DNA of 64,000 nucleotides. Origin: Ptychomitrium polyphyllum. Its lineage: Eukaryota. Location: the NCBI GenBank assembly GCA_973851085.1, contig OZ316776.1, forward strand, positions 7,068,001 to 7,132,000, in the 5' to 3' direction. Positions 25,529-39,900 of this stretch are shown here, in pieces. Both the position numbers and the translations under genes were made by a program. The notes under the pieces are model-generated. The model did not search any database. It had not been told where the DNA came from and was given only the letters and a program-made list of their open reading frames with translations. How positions within the stretch are numbered: the stretch's first letter is position 1; every line of letters starts with the position of its first letter.

Positions 25529-28500
25529 ATGGAGACTTGGACGGAATTGCTGGAGGAAGCTAAACGTCGGGCAATTCTGGTGGCAGTTGTTGCCATCAGC
25601 CTCGCTTACGCAATGTCCTTGACTAGCAGTTCGGTATGGATCAATTTACCAATTGCAATTCTTCTCTTAGCTGCTCTGCGGCGTGTCTCATTTGCGATTG
25701 AGATCCGGTGGAAGGTTCCCCCAATCGAGCATTTAACACGACGCTTACCACACCTCCAACGACGCCAACTGAGCAGCCACGATCCACTTTTATCCGAAGC
25801 ATCTCACACGGCTGCCAACAGATGGCGTCACAGCTTTGATTCTCCGGCTGTGGAGGCTGCTGTGGATGAACTCATTAGGAAACTTATTGATGAGTGGGTA
25901 ACCAGCCTCTGGTACACTTCTGTCACTCCTGACCAAGAAGCTCCCGAGGAGCTCCGCATTCTCATCAACGGCGTGATCGCCGAGGTAGCTCAACGTGCGA
26001 AGCGTGTGAACCTTATCACACTCCTTTCCAAAGACGTGGTGGATCTAGTCGGAACCCATTTCGAGCTCTATCGTCTCATGAAGGCAAAGATTGGGCCTGA
26101 TATAATCGGCACACTCTCTACCGAAGAGCGAGACGAGAAGCTGAAGCATGCTATGATATCCTCTCGGGAGTTACATCCAGCTCTTGTCTCCCCTGAAGCT
26201 GAATACAAGGTACTGAAGAGATTGACAGGAGGTGTAGTCGCTTTAGTGCTCAAAAGACAAGATGCACAATGTCGATTATTGAGAGCCATGGCTCGGGAGT
26301 TGCTGGCTTGTGTAGTCCTGCGACCTGTTATCAATCTTGTGAGTCCTGGGTTCATCAATGAGTTGATTGAGAATCTGGCTCTAGCTTCTAAAGAGAAGGC
26401 GCATCTAGCAGCAGAAGTGGCAGCTGAAGCAGCCAGATTGCGAATTCCTGAGCGGGCATTGCAAAGAAAGGCTTCACTTTCTGGTCTCGAAATGACTGTT
26501 CTGGGAAAACCTGGATTAGAAATTGTTCCATACCAGAAGAATATTGGAAGGCCCTCTGCTTCAGTTGGCGATGTTGGGACGCCAGTAGAGTCAAAATTGT
26601 TTAAAGAGTCTGTTTCTGAAGATCCTGTCGAATGGGGAGATCTTCCTCGTGGAGATTGGGCTCAGGTTCTAGATGCTGTTACTCAACGCCGAGCACAAGC
26701 GCTTACCCCAGAGCATCTGGATAATTTATGGACCAAAGGACGAAACTATAAGAAGCGAGAAAGTGAAAAAGTTGCTGCTCAAAGTAAAAAGGACAATGCT
26801 GGAAAGTTTACACCAGCTACTTCAAACACTAAAGCGCTGACATTAACTCCTACCGAGGAGGACAGTTCTGTGAAAAATTCAAATTTTGCCGATAATATGT
26901 TGACTTCTATTGTTTCGGTGAGTTCAGCTCTGCCGATTAGGAAAGAACGCAGCAGCGCAAGTGAGCAGTACCGGGCGTTGTTGTTTGGAGATTCAAAGGA
27001 TTTGGAGGAGGAAATTCCTGGAATAGGATTCTCACCAATTATATCATTTGCTCGCAATTTAGATGTTCTAGATGAATCTAGTAATACTCAGCTTACATCT
27101 AGCAGGAAAAATTTAGACTTTGTGAAGTGTCGTAGTGACGAGGACTTGCAGACTTTCAATAGAAACAACCAAGCGAAAGAAGAGAATGCCAGATACGACT
27201 CCAGTGATCATAAGGATCTAGCAAAATCAGATTCTGGATCGCAGAATTTTCTGCGACCTCCACGACGTTTGTCTCACCGGAAGTCAAGAAGTATGGGGGG
27301 TGAACTGGATGAGTGGCAGGAATCAGGAGTGCCAGAGGAGGGGCTTTTAACCCTGTTAAATGCTGGGGAAGGACCTTTAAGTGAAGTTACTTCAACAAAC
27401 AATCAGAACCAGGAGAAGAGGGAGGAGGTCATTTCTTCAAAGACTCAATCTTCGGTTTTGGCTACAGTGTCTACCCCTCAAATGTTGTTGACATTGCTGA
27501 AGTGTCGGGTAAGTTATAACGCTCATATGAAGTTCAACAATGTACATGGATTCTAAACGTCAATTTGGATCATGTCACAGTTGACTTGTGTTCTTCCGCA
27601 TCTCATTGTTGCAATATTCTGTTTGTTATTGTTGGCCAGGTCATGGGAGCACATTTTGAGAAGAGTGGATCGAAGTCATTTGCCGTGTACACTATTAAGG
27701 TGACAGATGCTGATCATCGAAGCTGGCGAGTTCAAAGAAGGTCTAGCTAGAACTTCTGGAAATTTTTCACGCAAATGCATGCATCAAGTGTTTGCACTTA
27801 GCGGAACATACATTGACTGGTTTTGCTAGGTCTGTGGATCACGCAAGTTTTTGAACGTTTTTGCTGCATTTAAATCGCTGTGGACAGATTCGTGGACCTT
27901 AATACAAATTTTTGTCATTGTCTTTGGTGTAGGTATCGTAATTTTGAACTGCTACATCGGCGCTTAAAAGATGTACTATATTACACTCTTAATCTTCCTC
28001 CAAAGAGGTTTCTCTCGTCCAACCTGGACACTAATTTTGTGCGAGAGCGTTGCATACTACTTGACAAATACTTGAAAGTAAGTACAGCCAGTCGATTGAT
28101 TTCTCTTCAGTACACATGAGTAAATGTCTTCTAGTTCTGATAATTGTGACTTCTTAAGCTGAAGTTTAGATGTATATTCTATTAGGTTTTGGAAATATTT
28201 CCTGCTGCCAAATATCTTTTTCAGAGTGAAATTGGCTCCTGGGCCGTGACTGCGTATAGATAATTCTGCATTCTCATTTGTCCCGCTATAGGATTCTTTT
28301 ATATGTACGGAATTTATTTATATCATTGACCCTCCAATAATTTTTCTGGCTTGACAGGATTTACTAGCGATTCCTAGCGTCGCAGAATTGCATGAAGTAT
28401 GGGATTTTTTTAGTATCAACTCTCAGGTGACACATTTTATCAACTATGCATTGGTGATGGAAACAGATTTTCACTGAGGACATGATACTGCTGTTTAGCG

Positions 28501-30971
28501 GTAAAATTGCCCAAAAAGGTGGTTATTAATGGATTTAGTGCAATCATTAAGGGAGAGCTTGTTGTTTGGTTAGGGGACGCTCTAGAAATATTAGTCTTTG
28601 AAAATAGAAAATGTCACTTTGTAATGTTCAAAAATGTCTTCCCCCCTTCTTTTCCTGAATTTGGGAATTTGGAATTGTTGCCTACAGCATTATGCGTTTG
28701 GGATTTCACCATCTATGATGAAGACGTTAGCAGGTGTGTTGTCTTTGAGTAATTTCACTTTGAATCCCATGGGAAATTCTTTTTATAGAATATATGGGTG
28801 TCTGAATTCCTGGCATATGTCCCTGAGTACTGTCACCTCTTTAATATTGTAATTTCAATCTCTTTTAAAAAACGTAGTTCGGATGTTGGAAGGAATTCTT
28901 TGTGTAAAAAACTTCAAAGGCAAGGCATCCATTCCTGTATGAATTTTTCGGCTTGCATATTGCAAATGGTGAGATTCTCCTGCTCATATATGGATCTATA
29001 TCAGTGAATGTAGATCATGCCATGGACGACATGTTTCGCCAGATTCGGATAGTTTCAGATGATATTTCAGGAGCCCTGAAGCTAGCAACAAGTAGCATTC
29101 GGCAAAGAGTTCCGTTGGGCAGCGGCGATGTTGGCCAGGCTGTTGCTACGAGCAGTGCTCAGATAAATAGAACCCTATCCTCTGAAAGTTCGACTTCTCG
29201 ACTTACAGGACCACTGTCAACGCTTATGGTTCCTGACAATGACTTTGGTGAAAAACTGCTGAGCAATTCGATGTTGGAAGACGAATACGACGGGAATTTT
29301 GGTACATATGCAGAGGATACTGCTCAGAGAATGGGATCAGTTGAATGGCATTCTGACAGTGAAACTGCTGGAGATTCTCATGAGGTCAATACTTTGAAGG
29401 CTGCAGCACATGCATTTGCTGCTAGCCAGTCGGATATGAAGGATAATCGGTGGTTTGGAAGACGATTAGAGAAAGCCCTCTCAGATGGGAACTCACCAGT
29501 AGATTCATTTGCTTCTGATACGATTGAAGACGACTTGGTTATCCCTCAGGAGGTACGCAATTTGAAAGGCGAAGTTCAAATGTTTTCGAGTTGTTCCACA
29601 AGTCTAAGTGGTTCGTTTTACACTGTTTGGTGGTGTTTTTACGCCGAGTATTGCCTCTTCTATGCAACCAACCATCGACATTTTCTCTTATCTTAACTGT
29701 AATAAAAATTGTCGCTAATCACGTTGTCTGGCTTCACAGTGGTCTCCACCAAAAGTTACTGTCCCTCTTCTTAATTTGGTTGATCAAATTTTCCAGCTTC
29801 AAGGCCGTGGGTGGATCAGGTGTGTGGATGGAAACTTATGCTTCCTGTAATTATGGTCACTCTGCTAAGTTGTGATTCCATTGTTGAACGCCCATCTGAA
29901 GCCTTGTGCGAATGCTCATCAGTATCCTTATGTTACTTCTTTCAGGGCCTTGTTAATGTGCATCAACATGACTTTGTTGGTGTTTTACAGACGCCAAGTA
30001 CTGTGGATAGCCAAACAAATTCTTCAGATTGGTATGGGGGACGCATTTGACGACTGGCTAATTGCCAGAATACAATGGCTCCGGAAAGAAGAGGTGGTAG
30101 CATCAGGAGTATATTGGTTGAAAGGAGTAAGCATCAAAACTTTTCTTGTAGTTTAAATTCTGACCAAAACAAAACCTGATGTGTAGAATTGCGAATGACG
30201 AAAAGCTGTAACATCGTGGTATCGAGAATTGATGGGACGTTCTTGGTTCTATGCAGGTGCTTTGGCCAGACGGTATATTTATCACGAAACACCCTAGGAA
30301 TCTAATTCCGACTAGTTCAGCAGCCCCTGAGGATTTAGAGATTGATCTTCATAATGATAGCCAGGATCAGGGTCAGCAGCGTCCGCCGATGAACTCATTC
30401 GAGCAAAGGCGAGAGGCTGCACGACGAGCTGGAGTTGTGCGGGAGATCATCCTTGGTATGTGCTTTGCTTGGTCTGTGCTGTGTAGATCTTCTGAGAGCG
30501 TAAAGCTTTGCCTATACATGTGATCCCCTGGGTTATTAGAGGAAGAGTATAAAACATTGATACTCTATTTCATGCTGCAGACAAAGCACCTGCTACATTA
30601 GTAAGCCTCATTGGCAAGAAGCAGTACACAAGATGTGCGAAAGATATTTACTACTTCTCACAGGTGAGGGCTTGTCTGTTTGAAATCTGAATCAAGAAAG
30701 TAGTCAAATTCTGGGCTTTCAACGCGGAGGAAATTGGACGCTTTATTTTCAATAACGTCTCCTCTAGGATACTTTGCCAGATCGGGCAGTTGACCTTTAA
30801 CAAAGGAACAGGACGCTCTTGACTTCATCTAAAACTTTGTTGCGGGTCGGGGCTTTGCAGGCTACCGTGTGCATGAAGCAGCTGGCTTACAGTCTCCTGG
30901 AAATGCTAACGCTGGCTGCGTTCCCAGAGCTCCAGGATTCAGTTCTTGATGTCCGTAGCAGTGTTACGTGA
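25529..30971 (+). CDS. PXA-PX-Nexin_C sorting nexin-like protein; exons 25529-27508, 27640-27740, 27933-28077, 28358-28426, 28688-28733, 29005-29552, 29740-29819, 29991-30126, 30257-30455, 30581-30663, 30861-30971
   Basis: N-terminal TM segments; PXA domain (EWVTSLWYTSVTPDQEAPEEL...RELLACVVLRP); PX domain (FAVYTIKV...WRVQRRYRNFELLHRRLK...LPPKRF); C-terminal WIRRQVLW...VLWPDGIF...LAAFPEL. All junctions are GT-AG and in frame; TGA stop at 30969-30971. Confidence 0.93.
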
Positions 30972-32794
30972 CCCGCAAGCGAGCCCTCGTACAATTCATA
31001 GCCAGCTAGAGTGGTGACACATAAACACGATACATATTCGGAAGGTGGTGACACTTACACTTGATATAAACTCGGAAGGTGGTTCTCGAGGAGCTTATGC
31101 GAGGTTCTTGTCACAGCCTCTCGGTCTGGTTTTTTGTCTAATGGGGGCTCCTGGCAGAAGCGGAGACCATTATTACCATGTCTTGCTCATTTATCGTGTG
31201 GATCTGGGTGTAGACTGTTAAGAGTGTAAATAAATTGTATGGAAACAATGATATCTTGTACAATTGATGCGTCAAGGTGTGAGTTTTGCTGGGTTTTCCA
31301 GCATTGCCTCAACTTCTGTGACTTGGGATTTGTGTGGCGAACAGTATTCGACTAAAGTTTAGAGTGAATTTGAATAAGTTGATTATCTGAGCTCACTCTC
31401 GTTTTGTTGTTACTGTATGTATGAATTTGATTATCGGTGTCTAGAACAGGAGGGTGAAACACTGTGATCATCTCGTTTACAGGGCATTGTTGGGCTTACA
31501 AGGCGTCAGAGGCGGCATTTGCATAAGGCCTACAAGCAGAATTATGGTCAGGGTCAGAAAATTCCTTCAGTGCTCGTAAGAAGGAAAAAGCAAGATGCCT
31601 GGTACCACCGGAACCCTTCATCACGGAAGCCCTCCACTCAGTGAAACAAGTTCTTGTGGTGGAGACTTCTCAATAATTGAACTTGACAGTACGGTTGAAT
31701 TCTACCTACATACAGAGCGGGAGCATTGGTAACTTGCCTTACATGTAAAGCACACTGCAATCTCACAGTATTAGGCACGAAAAATGAAGAGGTGACCGCA
31801 TTCTGGACTTAATTCGCTGTCTCTGGAGCTAATTGCTTTCTGGAAGTTGGGAAGTCACATGCGGTCTGGATAATGCTGCCGTGTAGTATGACTTTGAAGT
31901 ACACGACAATGGTATCACATTGCAGTAGCATCAGTACTCAGTGTGCAGCCTGTTTTTGTGTGGAGCAGTGCGGCCGTGTTGTGCTTGAATCTGAAGAAAC
32001 GATGCCCCTTTCACATTGAGCCTCACGAATGACCACATGAGTGGACAGAAATTTCTTATGTACCGGTATCCATCGAATTCCAGAATCTCGTCCTTCAAAA
32101 AGAACTGGAACAACAAAAACCAGACATCAGAGAATCTCGAACCGTCTGCTCTGAGGAGGTGATGTGCGGATTGGGGGCCCAGAAAGCAGCCACTTCAGGA
32201 CTCGTTCAATTCAGTTTAGCTGCGTAGAACTTCAAAGACTTGTTGGTGGGCTTCAGTGGGTTTCACGACTGGCAGTCTCTGTCCACGGATTTGGTAATGT
32301 CTCAAAGTAGTTTCATGCATGCCATTAAGCTCGCTGCTTAATTCCTATTAACACCAGAGCTATACAATATATACATACTTTATTATATACAATAACACAA
32401 CAAACTGGGGTCACCGATGTTTCGGATTACAAGTGCGGCTTAACTGGAAATCAGCTGTGCTCCTAGCTAGGTGCCATCAACCTTGCACCAAAGATAAGTA
32501 TCCCAGGAACGCACGCTGTCCAGTACCTAAGCCTTTTATTCTACTTTTATTCAGTCTGTATAAACTCAAGCAGCTTCACAAGCTGCAAGAGTGCACGCAC
32601 GGTGGCGTTGCATAAGTGACACACACAATAAAATCCACACAACTTACATAGCCCGGCGAAATAACTTCCAGTGCTACACACCTAGTACACAACATCACAA
32701 CACAAATCGTACAGTTTTATGCTACAAGTCCCGCTTGAGAAACCCAGGATGCAGCACATCCCAGATCAAGTAGGCCAGCGATCCGACGAGCTCG

Positions 32795-33867
32795 CTACAC
32801 GTCCTTGGACATAGCCGGAGCAAATACAATATCGTTCTCCACAAGCATGTGACACGCCTCATCACCATGTGCGATCTTCAGAGCTTTAAAGGCGGGGTGA
32901 CGAGACAGCCACTGCGCAGTGTTGATGTGGCAGATCGCGACGGCTTTGATACGAGTGGATTCGGAGCCCTCCGGTTTGAGAGTCGCCTGGATGATCTTCG
33001 TGCCTGTCACACGATGACAGTAGTACAGCGCCACGGGGAAGGCAATGTGATGGCAGACAACGATTTTCTTACCCTCGGCGACTGAGCCCTTGGCGACATC
33101 GAGAATGGCAACTGGCTCCTTCGAGGCCGGGGCTGAGGCCGGTGCGCCGCTAGTTGAGTACACCTTAACTTCGTGGCCCAGTTCAGCGGCCACGAAGGTG
33201 GCCACAGACTCAGTAGATGCAGCGCAGGCCCTGGATTCGCCGGGGAGGGCCGCGCTGCCGCACAGATACGCGGCGGTGGCAACGTCAGTGGCCTCGGTAG
33301 AGTCGCGCGCCACGCCGAAGTGCTGCATCAGGGTCAACGCGTTAGAAGATGTAAGAGAAGGCAGTTTGGCCACAGCAGAACTTGTCAGGAACTCTCTCCT
33401 GGGGGCGGGGTCATGCAGATTCCCGTCCAAGGTCATCTTGGCGCCTGCGACCATCGCAGTCTCCAGGAAGAAGTCTCGCTGCAGGTCGTTCACCGTGACA
33501 ATCGAAGCGTCGCGAAGACGGGCTGCATCCGCGACATCCGATTCGGCCGTCTGCCGAAGAAGATCATCGCTAAGGCAGATCAGCGCACTAGATGAGCACA
33601 CTGCGGAGAGAAGATGAGCGGACGAGCTGCTGCTTACCGCCTTCCCGATCGGCCTACCAGCCAGACTCACCCCAACCTGCATTTCCAGACAAGACACACT
33701 CTCGAAGTTAGACCAGCCCCGCAACTCACAACACATCAAGTGCACACTGCATGCGTAGATCGAATGTAAACAACAGCAAATGATAAGCTAGAGGGGTTTT
33801 GTGTACTTACCATGGAGCTCGCTGCTGCCAGGACGAACACAAGGACGTGAAGGTGCTCAATCGCCAT
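32795..33867 (-). CDS. Secreted BURP-domain protein (RD22/PG1beta-like family), copy 1; exons 33867-33811 and 33676-32795 (~312 aa)
   Basis: Exon 1 is a signal peptide, MAIEHLHVLVFVLAAASSM|gtaag. The BURP domain opens with DFFLE and has four CH dyads plus W (VVCHH, YYCHR, AICHINTAQW, ACHML). Confidence 0.92.
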
Positions 33868-33976
33868 TCTGTCAACAGCCGGAGATATGAGACACTAGAG
33901 CGGGTTCGTACAGATCAGAGAGAGCTGAGTGCGTGAGGGGTAGGCAGTGGGTGATCTTAACTGCGGACGCCTGCAT

Positions 33977-33984
33977 CTTTTATA
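33977..33984 (-). promoter_or_regulatory. TATA box (TATAAAAG) of BURP copy 1
   Basis: Located ~115 nt upstream of the ATG. It recurs at 56205-56212. Confidence 0.7.
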
Positions 33985-36900
33985 CGCTTTCAAACTTCCA
34001 TCGCGCATGCCCAATTGCCCGCAGGTGCTTTTCTCTGCCCGAGTGGGCCTGGCTCGACAGAGCAGCTGGCGGACGAGCCGCGGTGGACTGCGAATCCCCT
34101 TCCCCACCTCAAAGCTGGCTCTCCAGAATGTTCACCACCTTTCAGCCCAGCGTCGTAGACTGCTGGAACCGGATCGGCCTAAGACATCTTTGCGTGTCTC
34201 TCGAGATAAGTGATCGCGATGCATACCAACCAGTTCACCAACACCTCTTATTTGAGTCACCTGGAATAAGTATCTGGAGGTTAGTGGACGTGAAATCACC
34301 AGGGTTGGGTGCAGCTTGCAATAAATCCGATTTTCTGATTTTCTGCAGGTCGCAGCTCTATCAAACACGTTTATGCTTTGAAATTGGCCAATGGCATTGC
34401 AGAACCAGCGGATTTTTCCAATCGATAGCCCTCGACACGGATCACAGCGCCAATTTACTAGTTGATTCCGCACACTTACAATCAGTTGCCTCGTCAAAGT
34501 TGGCGACATTTTTACCCGCCCATGAGATTCCCTGGATGTTTAATCTGAAACTTTCTGCTCAAAGGTGGAGATGAAAAATTCTGCCTAGATCTCATGTGGT
34601 GTACATGTGTCCGTGTATGTATCCTGTGGTGCTGATCTTATGATTCAAATCACTTAGTTTGTGCTTCGTAAACTCGTACTAGCAGGGTTAATTCCGACCA
34701 ACTCCATTAAAGGTCTTGTTCTCGAGAAGAACACAAATGCATGCCCGCGGCGGATCAGACAGCCTGCTCCTACTAAACAATCAGGTATCCTGGCCTTCAC
34801 AAGCAGAGAACCAGCGCTAACCGCTCACTGTTGCGCAGCTTGATGTCACCACCAGAGGGTCATGAATCGACCCCAAAGTAATTGCTCCCAGAATGTGATG
34901 GCACCTAACTATTCACGGTGTGGACGTTAAGAATTGAGAAGGCCTGTTTATGCCGTTCTGTTCTACCTACTGAAGGGGTTTTCTAAATGGCCGGAGGTAA
35001 CGGAGTTGTCGGTCAAATGGTATTGTCTGTTGCATATTGGTGTTTAGGCTTTGATTTGTGCTGATTCCAGGAATAAAGGGGTCTTATAATCTGTTCAGTT
35101 GATTTGGCACAGCTATAGATTTCATAAATTGAGGTTACAGGGTTTAGACCTAGATGACTGAGGAAACAAGATAGTCGAATGAAATTGTGGTTTAGGTGTG
35201 TTTTGAAAGTTTCAGGTATTTTGTTCACATTGAGATGTTTGGGTTTATATTTATAGTGTAAATTTTGGAGTCGTGCATAGAAAGAATCATAACACTTTAG
35301 AAAACACTAAAATAATAACAAGAAATCGGACTAGGTGTAATGTGTAATAGATTCGTTTGTGAAAGGCCTTCAATAAATTCTTCATGAGCATGTGGGATTT
35401 ATGGCCTCTTACGTACTTTTTTTTTTTGGGTGTGAATCCGGAATACCTGTAGGGCATAAAGGTTTAAGCGAAGCCAGGAGGAGGAACCGTGACGAAGTCT
35501 CTTGACCGTCGTCCCCACCATAGTCAAACCCAACAGCATGATCAGCATGGCGATAAGGTTCCACAGGGTCGACCGCTTTCGTATGCATCAGCTTGCACCG
35601 GGATGGAGACGCAGCACCGGCTTCACCAACAACATTGATTCTCTCCTCTCTTCACTAGTCACTCTGCTGCGGAGGATAATCATTGTAATTTTCAATTATT
35701 GCAAAGGATTCGTATTTGGCATCGACGCTGCTCCATCGAGCACCAGTGCTAGAATGTAAAGGTCCGTGGATTTAAAGTGCAGAAAGTAAACCGTGCACTC
35801 CTTGTGTGAACATATGTTTGGGTTATGAGTAAGTTGAACGTGACACAGACTTGTGTGGTGAGTTGAATGTGCGACAGACTAGTGTGGTAAGTGAACGTGA
35901 CACAGACTTGTGTGGTAGTGAGGGGGCAAGCAGGATAAATTGGACAACTTGAGCTGCACTTTGGTCACCTAAAACTTGAGAGTAAAGCAGGCGACGAATA
36001 GTGAGGAAAGTAAGTGACGAATAGTGAGAGGAAAGTGAGTGACGAGTAGTGAGAGGATAGTGAGTGATGAATAGTGAGAGTAATGCAAGTTGTAAATGTG
36101 AAGTGAATTAAAGGTAACAAATATTTATTGAGAACATGATTTTTGAGATTGAAATACTTATATTAGTGTGTTAAAAAATATACATTTTGACATGACATAT
36201 CCAAAATTCTTTGAAGGTGTTGTTTGAAATATAAAGTTCAAAACATCTTCAAACATCACCTTTACTTATCTTTTATACTCCTTTTGAAAATGTGGGTATG
36301 GATTGTTATACATTTAACAATTGCTTGAGTTTTTAATGCAATGTTCTATCAACTTGTATATTTTTGTTATACCTTTGAAACACATTATAAAAGTATCAAA
36401 CATTAAAGGCAAAGAAAATAAGGAAAAATTGCACATATACACATTGTACAAAGTACAATTATCACATATATAATACTCTAATAGGTTAAAAATCAATTTA
36501 TCAAGAGGAACTCATTGTGAAATAAAAATATTCCACTTTGATGCGTTTCTTTGAGGCTTTTGATTTGAACAAAATAAAGGGCCACCTCATTGTTGGATAC
36601 AATTAGAAGGTTGATTTGTAAGTAGGGTGAATATGATATACATGTCATAATATGAGTCATACATTCCGTAACATGCCTACCTTTGTAGCCATCATTTTAT
36701 AAAATGTACTTTCTGCTATTCTAGTATTTAAGAAAACAATAAGGGATTGTACCAACCTTACCATGTCACATCTGCACAAACATCTCACTTCTTATATTAG
36801 TTAATCCATATAACTTTTTATTTTTATTCATATTAATATCGCTCTAATTGGATTTCTATACATGCTTCAAAATTATTATGAGCATCTTGCATGCACAAAA

Positions 36901-39900
36901 CCAATGAATGGTTCTACAAACCTGCCAAACATGATACAATTGTGTCATATACTATAACAAATTTCTCTCAAATAAGGCATTTATTGAAGTCAAAATTTTC
37001 AATGAAATTTGGACAATAAATTTTACTACGCACTCAATTACATGAATTATGGCTTCAAAATCTAATATAATGATATCATACACAATCAAACAATAATAGT
37101 GCCAAAACATTCAATTCATCCCTGCATTGAGATGTGGCTACTTTATTGTAGTTAAAAGCCTCCATGACAATACATTCTAACCTAGCAATATATGGACAAT
37201 CTATGGATGTGTTCAAGTGATTAAATATTAGTTAAAAACTTAAAATTTTATATTTAATAGAATGTTTCTTAAGTTGAAATTTCTAATGAAATTTACATCA
37301 CCAAAAAGATGGAATAATGACTCCATTTTGAAAGATTCAAAGCTTCAAATAAATAACATCCATTCAAAGGAACACAACATCATTGCACATCAAGTATAGA
37401 TTTACATAAATGTTTAAGTAAATAATACATACACTACCAAACAATTACAAATAGAGCTTGTTCAATGCTACAACAACTATAGATTCTTTAATGTGTATCC
37501 AAGCTTACAAATACGCTTACGTGATCTAACAAAAACAACACACAATGTCTTCATACTCTACACCCTAGCAAATTTATAATTCACTAATTAAAAGTGAAAA
37601 GGCTCCTACAACATCATAAACACTAACTTCGCATCCAAAGATTAGTTGCATCTATCTACAATTTATAAATTCAAAATATCATTCTCTAGAATACTGTCAT
37701 TGCGAAGGATCTTTTATTCATGCATATTTCTGCCAAAAGTATCCAAACATGTATGCTTACAACAAGTGTGCTCAAACTCATCCTTTAACAATGGCTTTTG
37801 CAGGTGGTAATCTTCAATTCCATAAACAACTCAATTACAAATTCCCTCAAAGCTTTTCCGTACAAGATAGCATTTGCATATGTGTCTATTACATTCATGT
37901 GCTCATGTGGTCGCAATACATAACTACAAAAGAACATGGACATAGTCCTTGATGTATTTGATTCCAAAACACCCTCTTACAAATGTTGTGTCTTCCCCCT
38001 CGTGAATAGACATCTCAACGTTCCATGTGCACAATCAAACGACTTCAAAATCCAAATGGTCAATGTTCATTTGCTACCAGTGCCTACAAGATTCAGATGT
38101 CACATATCACTAACGCCCGAGGAAGTACAAAATTCTATACATTGGATGATGCAAAAGATGATCTCCTTCATAACATGGAAAGACCTCTTGTCACACCATC
38201 TCTAGATCCACGTGATGTTGGGCAGCGGCCATTGCTTGTTTATGACAGAACCACAAGAACAATACTCGTACTTTTGGCATTCCAAAAGTGCGGGTGAAAT
38301 TTGGATCTTTTGAAACCAATGGATGTTTCCGGACACCTAAAGTGAAGTTGCAAATGGCCAATCAAAGAATCTTTGGAAAAGGCGCTTTCCGACCGTTGCT
38401 GCCATGTGCCTCTTGATTGGTGTGTACGAAGAGTACGTCATGTCTACATCGTACGTTTGTTGAGGAGCACCTTCTGTGCAAACGCGTCCTTGTCATAGCT
38501 ATAGCCATTCCTTGAGCCATCACCAATGCAAAATCCACTGCTCACTTTGGAGTGGCAGTTGTCTTCATGGTAGGTGAGCATCTTTGGTACAAAGTACAAC
38601 TTTGTGCTTCAAAGTACTTTGAGAATATAATCTTTGATCTTCTTATCTATGCAGTTGCAAAGGACTTAGTCAACAAGGAGGAGGATTTCTTCTTTAATAG
38701 GGTATAACTAAGCTTTTGTGGTGTAGGAATTGTTATTGTCTTACACTATAATCAACTTGATTCGGGTTCTTCCATTATTTAAGACATGTGTCTAATCCTT
38801 TGAATCATTTGTGCTAATGCCTCAATTTGTTGAAATACTATTATTTAGACTATTTTTGACAAGACATTGTTGGTTGGTGTACCATTTGACATGACACATG
38901 ACTGTCTCAAACTTGCTTATAGTGTGCAAATTCATGCTTATAGCCTCCTTGAATTCAAACATCGTTGCTTCTATTATAGTGTAAGCCAATTGGAAATAAG
39001 ATTGTAGGCCAATGTATCTTATTATTTTATGTTAAAGTGTATAAATACATATACAACCTTTGAACACAATCATTGAATACACATTTATCTTGCATGAATT
39101 GATTGAGCGTGAGTAATCACCAAAGACTTGTTATAGATTGAATGATGCAATTAACCCAGTTGGCAAAATTTCCAAGTGAGTATCACAAAGAAGCTTCACA
39201 AAGGCTTGACTTATGTTTCCAAGGTCAGATTTTGCTAGGACTTTGAGAATACCAGGTGTGTTTTTAGATTGGAATACCCATAACTTTACATGCCTCCTCC
39301 CAACACTACCACTTGGTTCTTTATGCTTACTCAGTCACTAGTATGAACTATCTGAGATGTGCAATAGTGTAAATCATTGGAAGATCATCGGACCATACAC
39401 AATTGGCGGATCAATTGTATTCCAGAGTGACTTTGAAGCACAAAGCTGTACTTTGTACCAAAGATGCCCACCTACCATGAAGACATGTGCCACTCCAAAG
39501 TGAACAGTGGATTTTGCATTGGTGATGGCTTAGAAATGGCTATAGCTATGACATGGATGCGTTTGCACAGATGGTGCTCCTCAACAAACGTACAATGTAG
39601 ACATGACGTACTCTTCGTACACATCAATCAAGAGGCACATGGCAGCAACGGTCGGAAAGCGCCTTTTCCAAAGATTCTTCGATTGGCCATTTGCAACTTC
39701 ATCGTAGGTGTCCGGACACATCCATTGGTTTTAAAGGATCCAAATTTCACCTGCACTTTTGGGCTGCCAAAAGTACGAGTATTCTTTTTGTGGTTCTATC
39801 ATAAACAAGCAATGGCCGCTGCCCAGCATCACCTGGATCTAGACATGGTGGCTAGGGCTCTTTCCACGCTATGAAGGACGTCACGTTTTGGATCATGTAA

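Noticed and set aside
31480..32160. Possible extra exons downstream of the sorting nexin
   Set aside because: There are short open stretches with plausible splice sites, but no recognisable homology or consistent frame.
33677..33745. ORF-track N-terminus MHLMCCELRG... of the BURP protein
   Set aside because: This is intron sequence. The real start is the signal-peptide exon at 33867-33811.
33933..34574. 213-228 aa ORFs recurring five times (33933, 40816, 49292, 56161, 63044)
   Set aside because: They lie in the BURP promoter, have no recognisable domain, and their N-termini change at the breakpoint. The recurrence reflects DNA duplication, not coding conservation.
35829..36080. CRISPR-like appearance of ~29-bp repeats
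   Set aside because: The units are head-to-tail with no unique spacers, there are no cas genes, and the context is eukaryotic.
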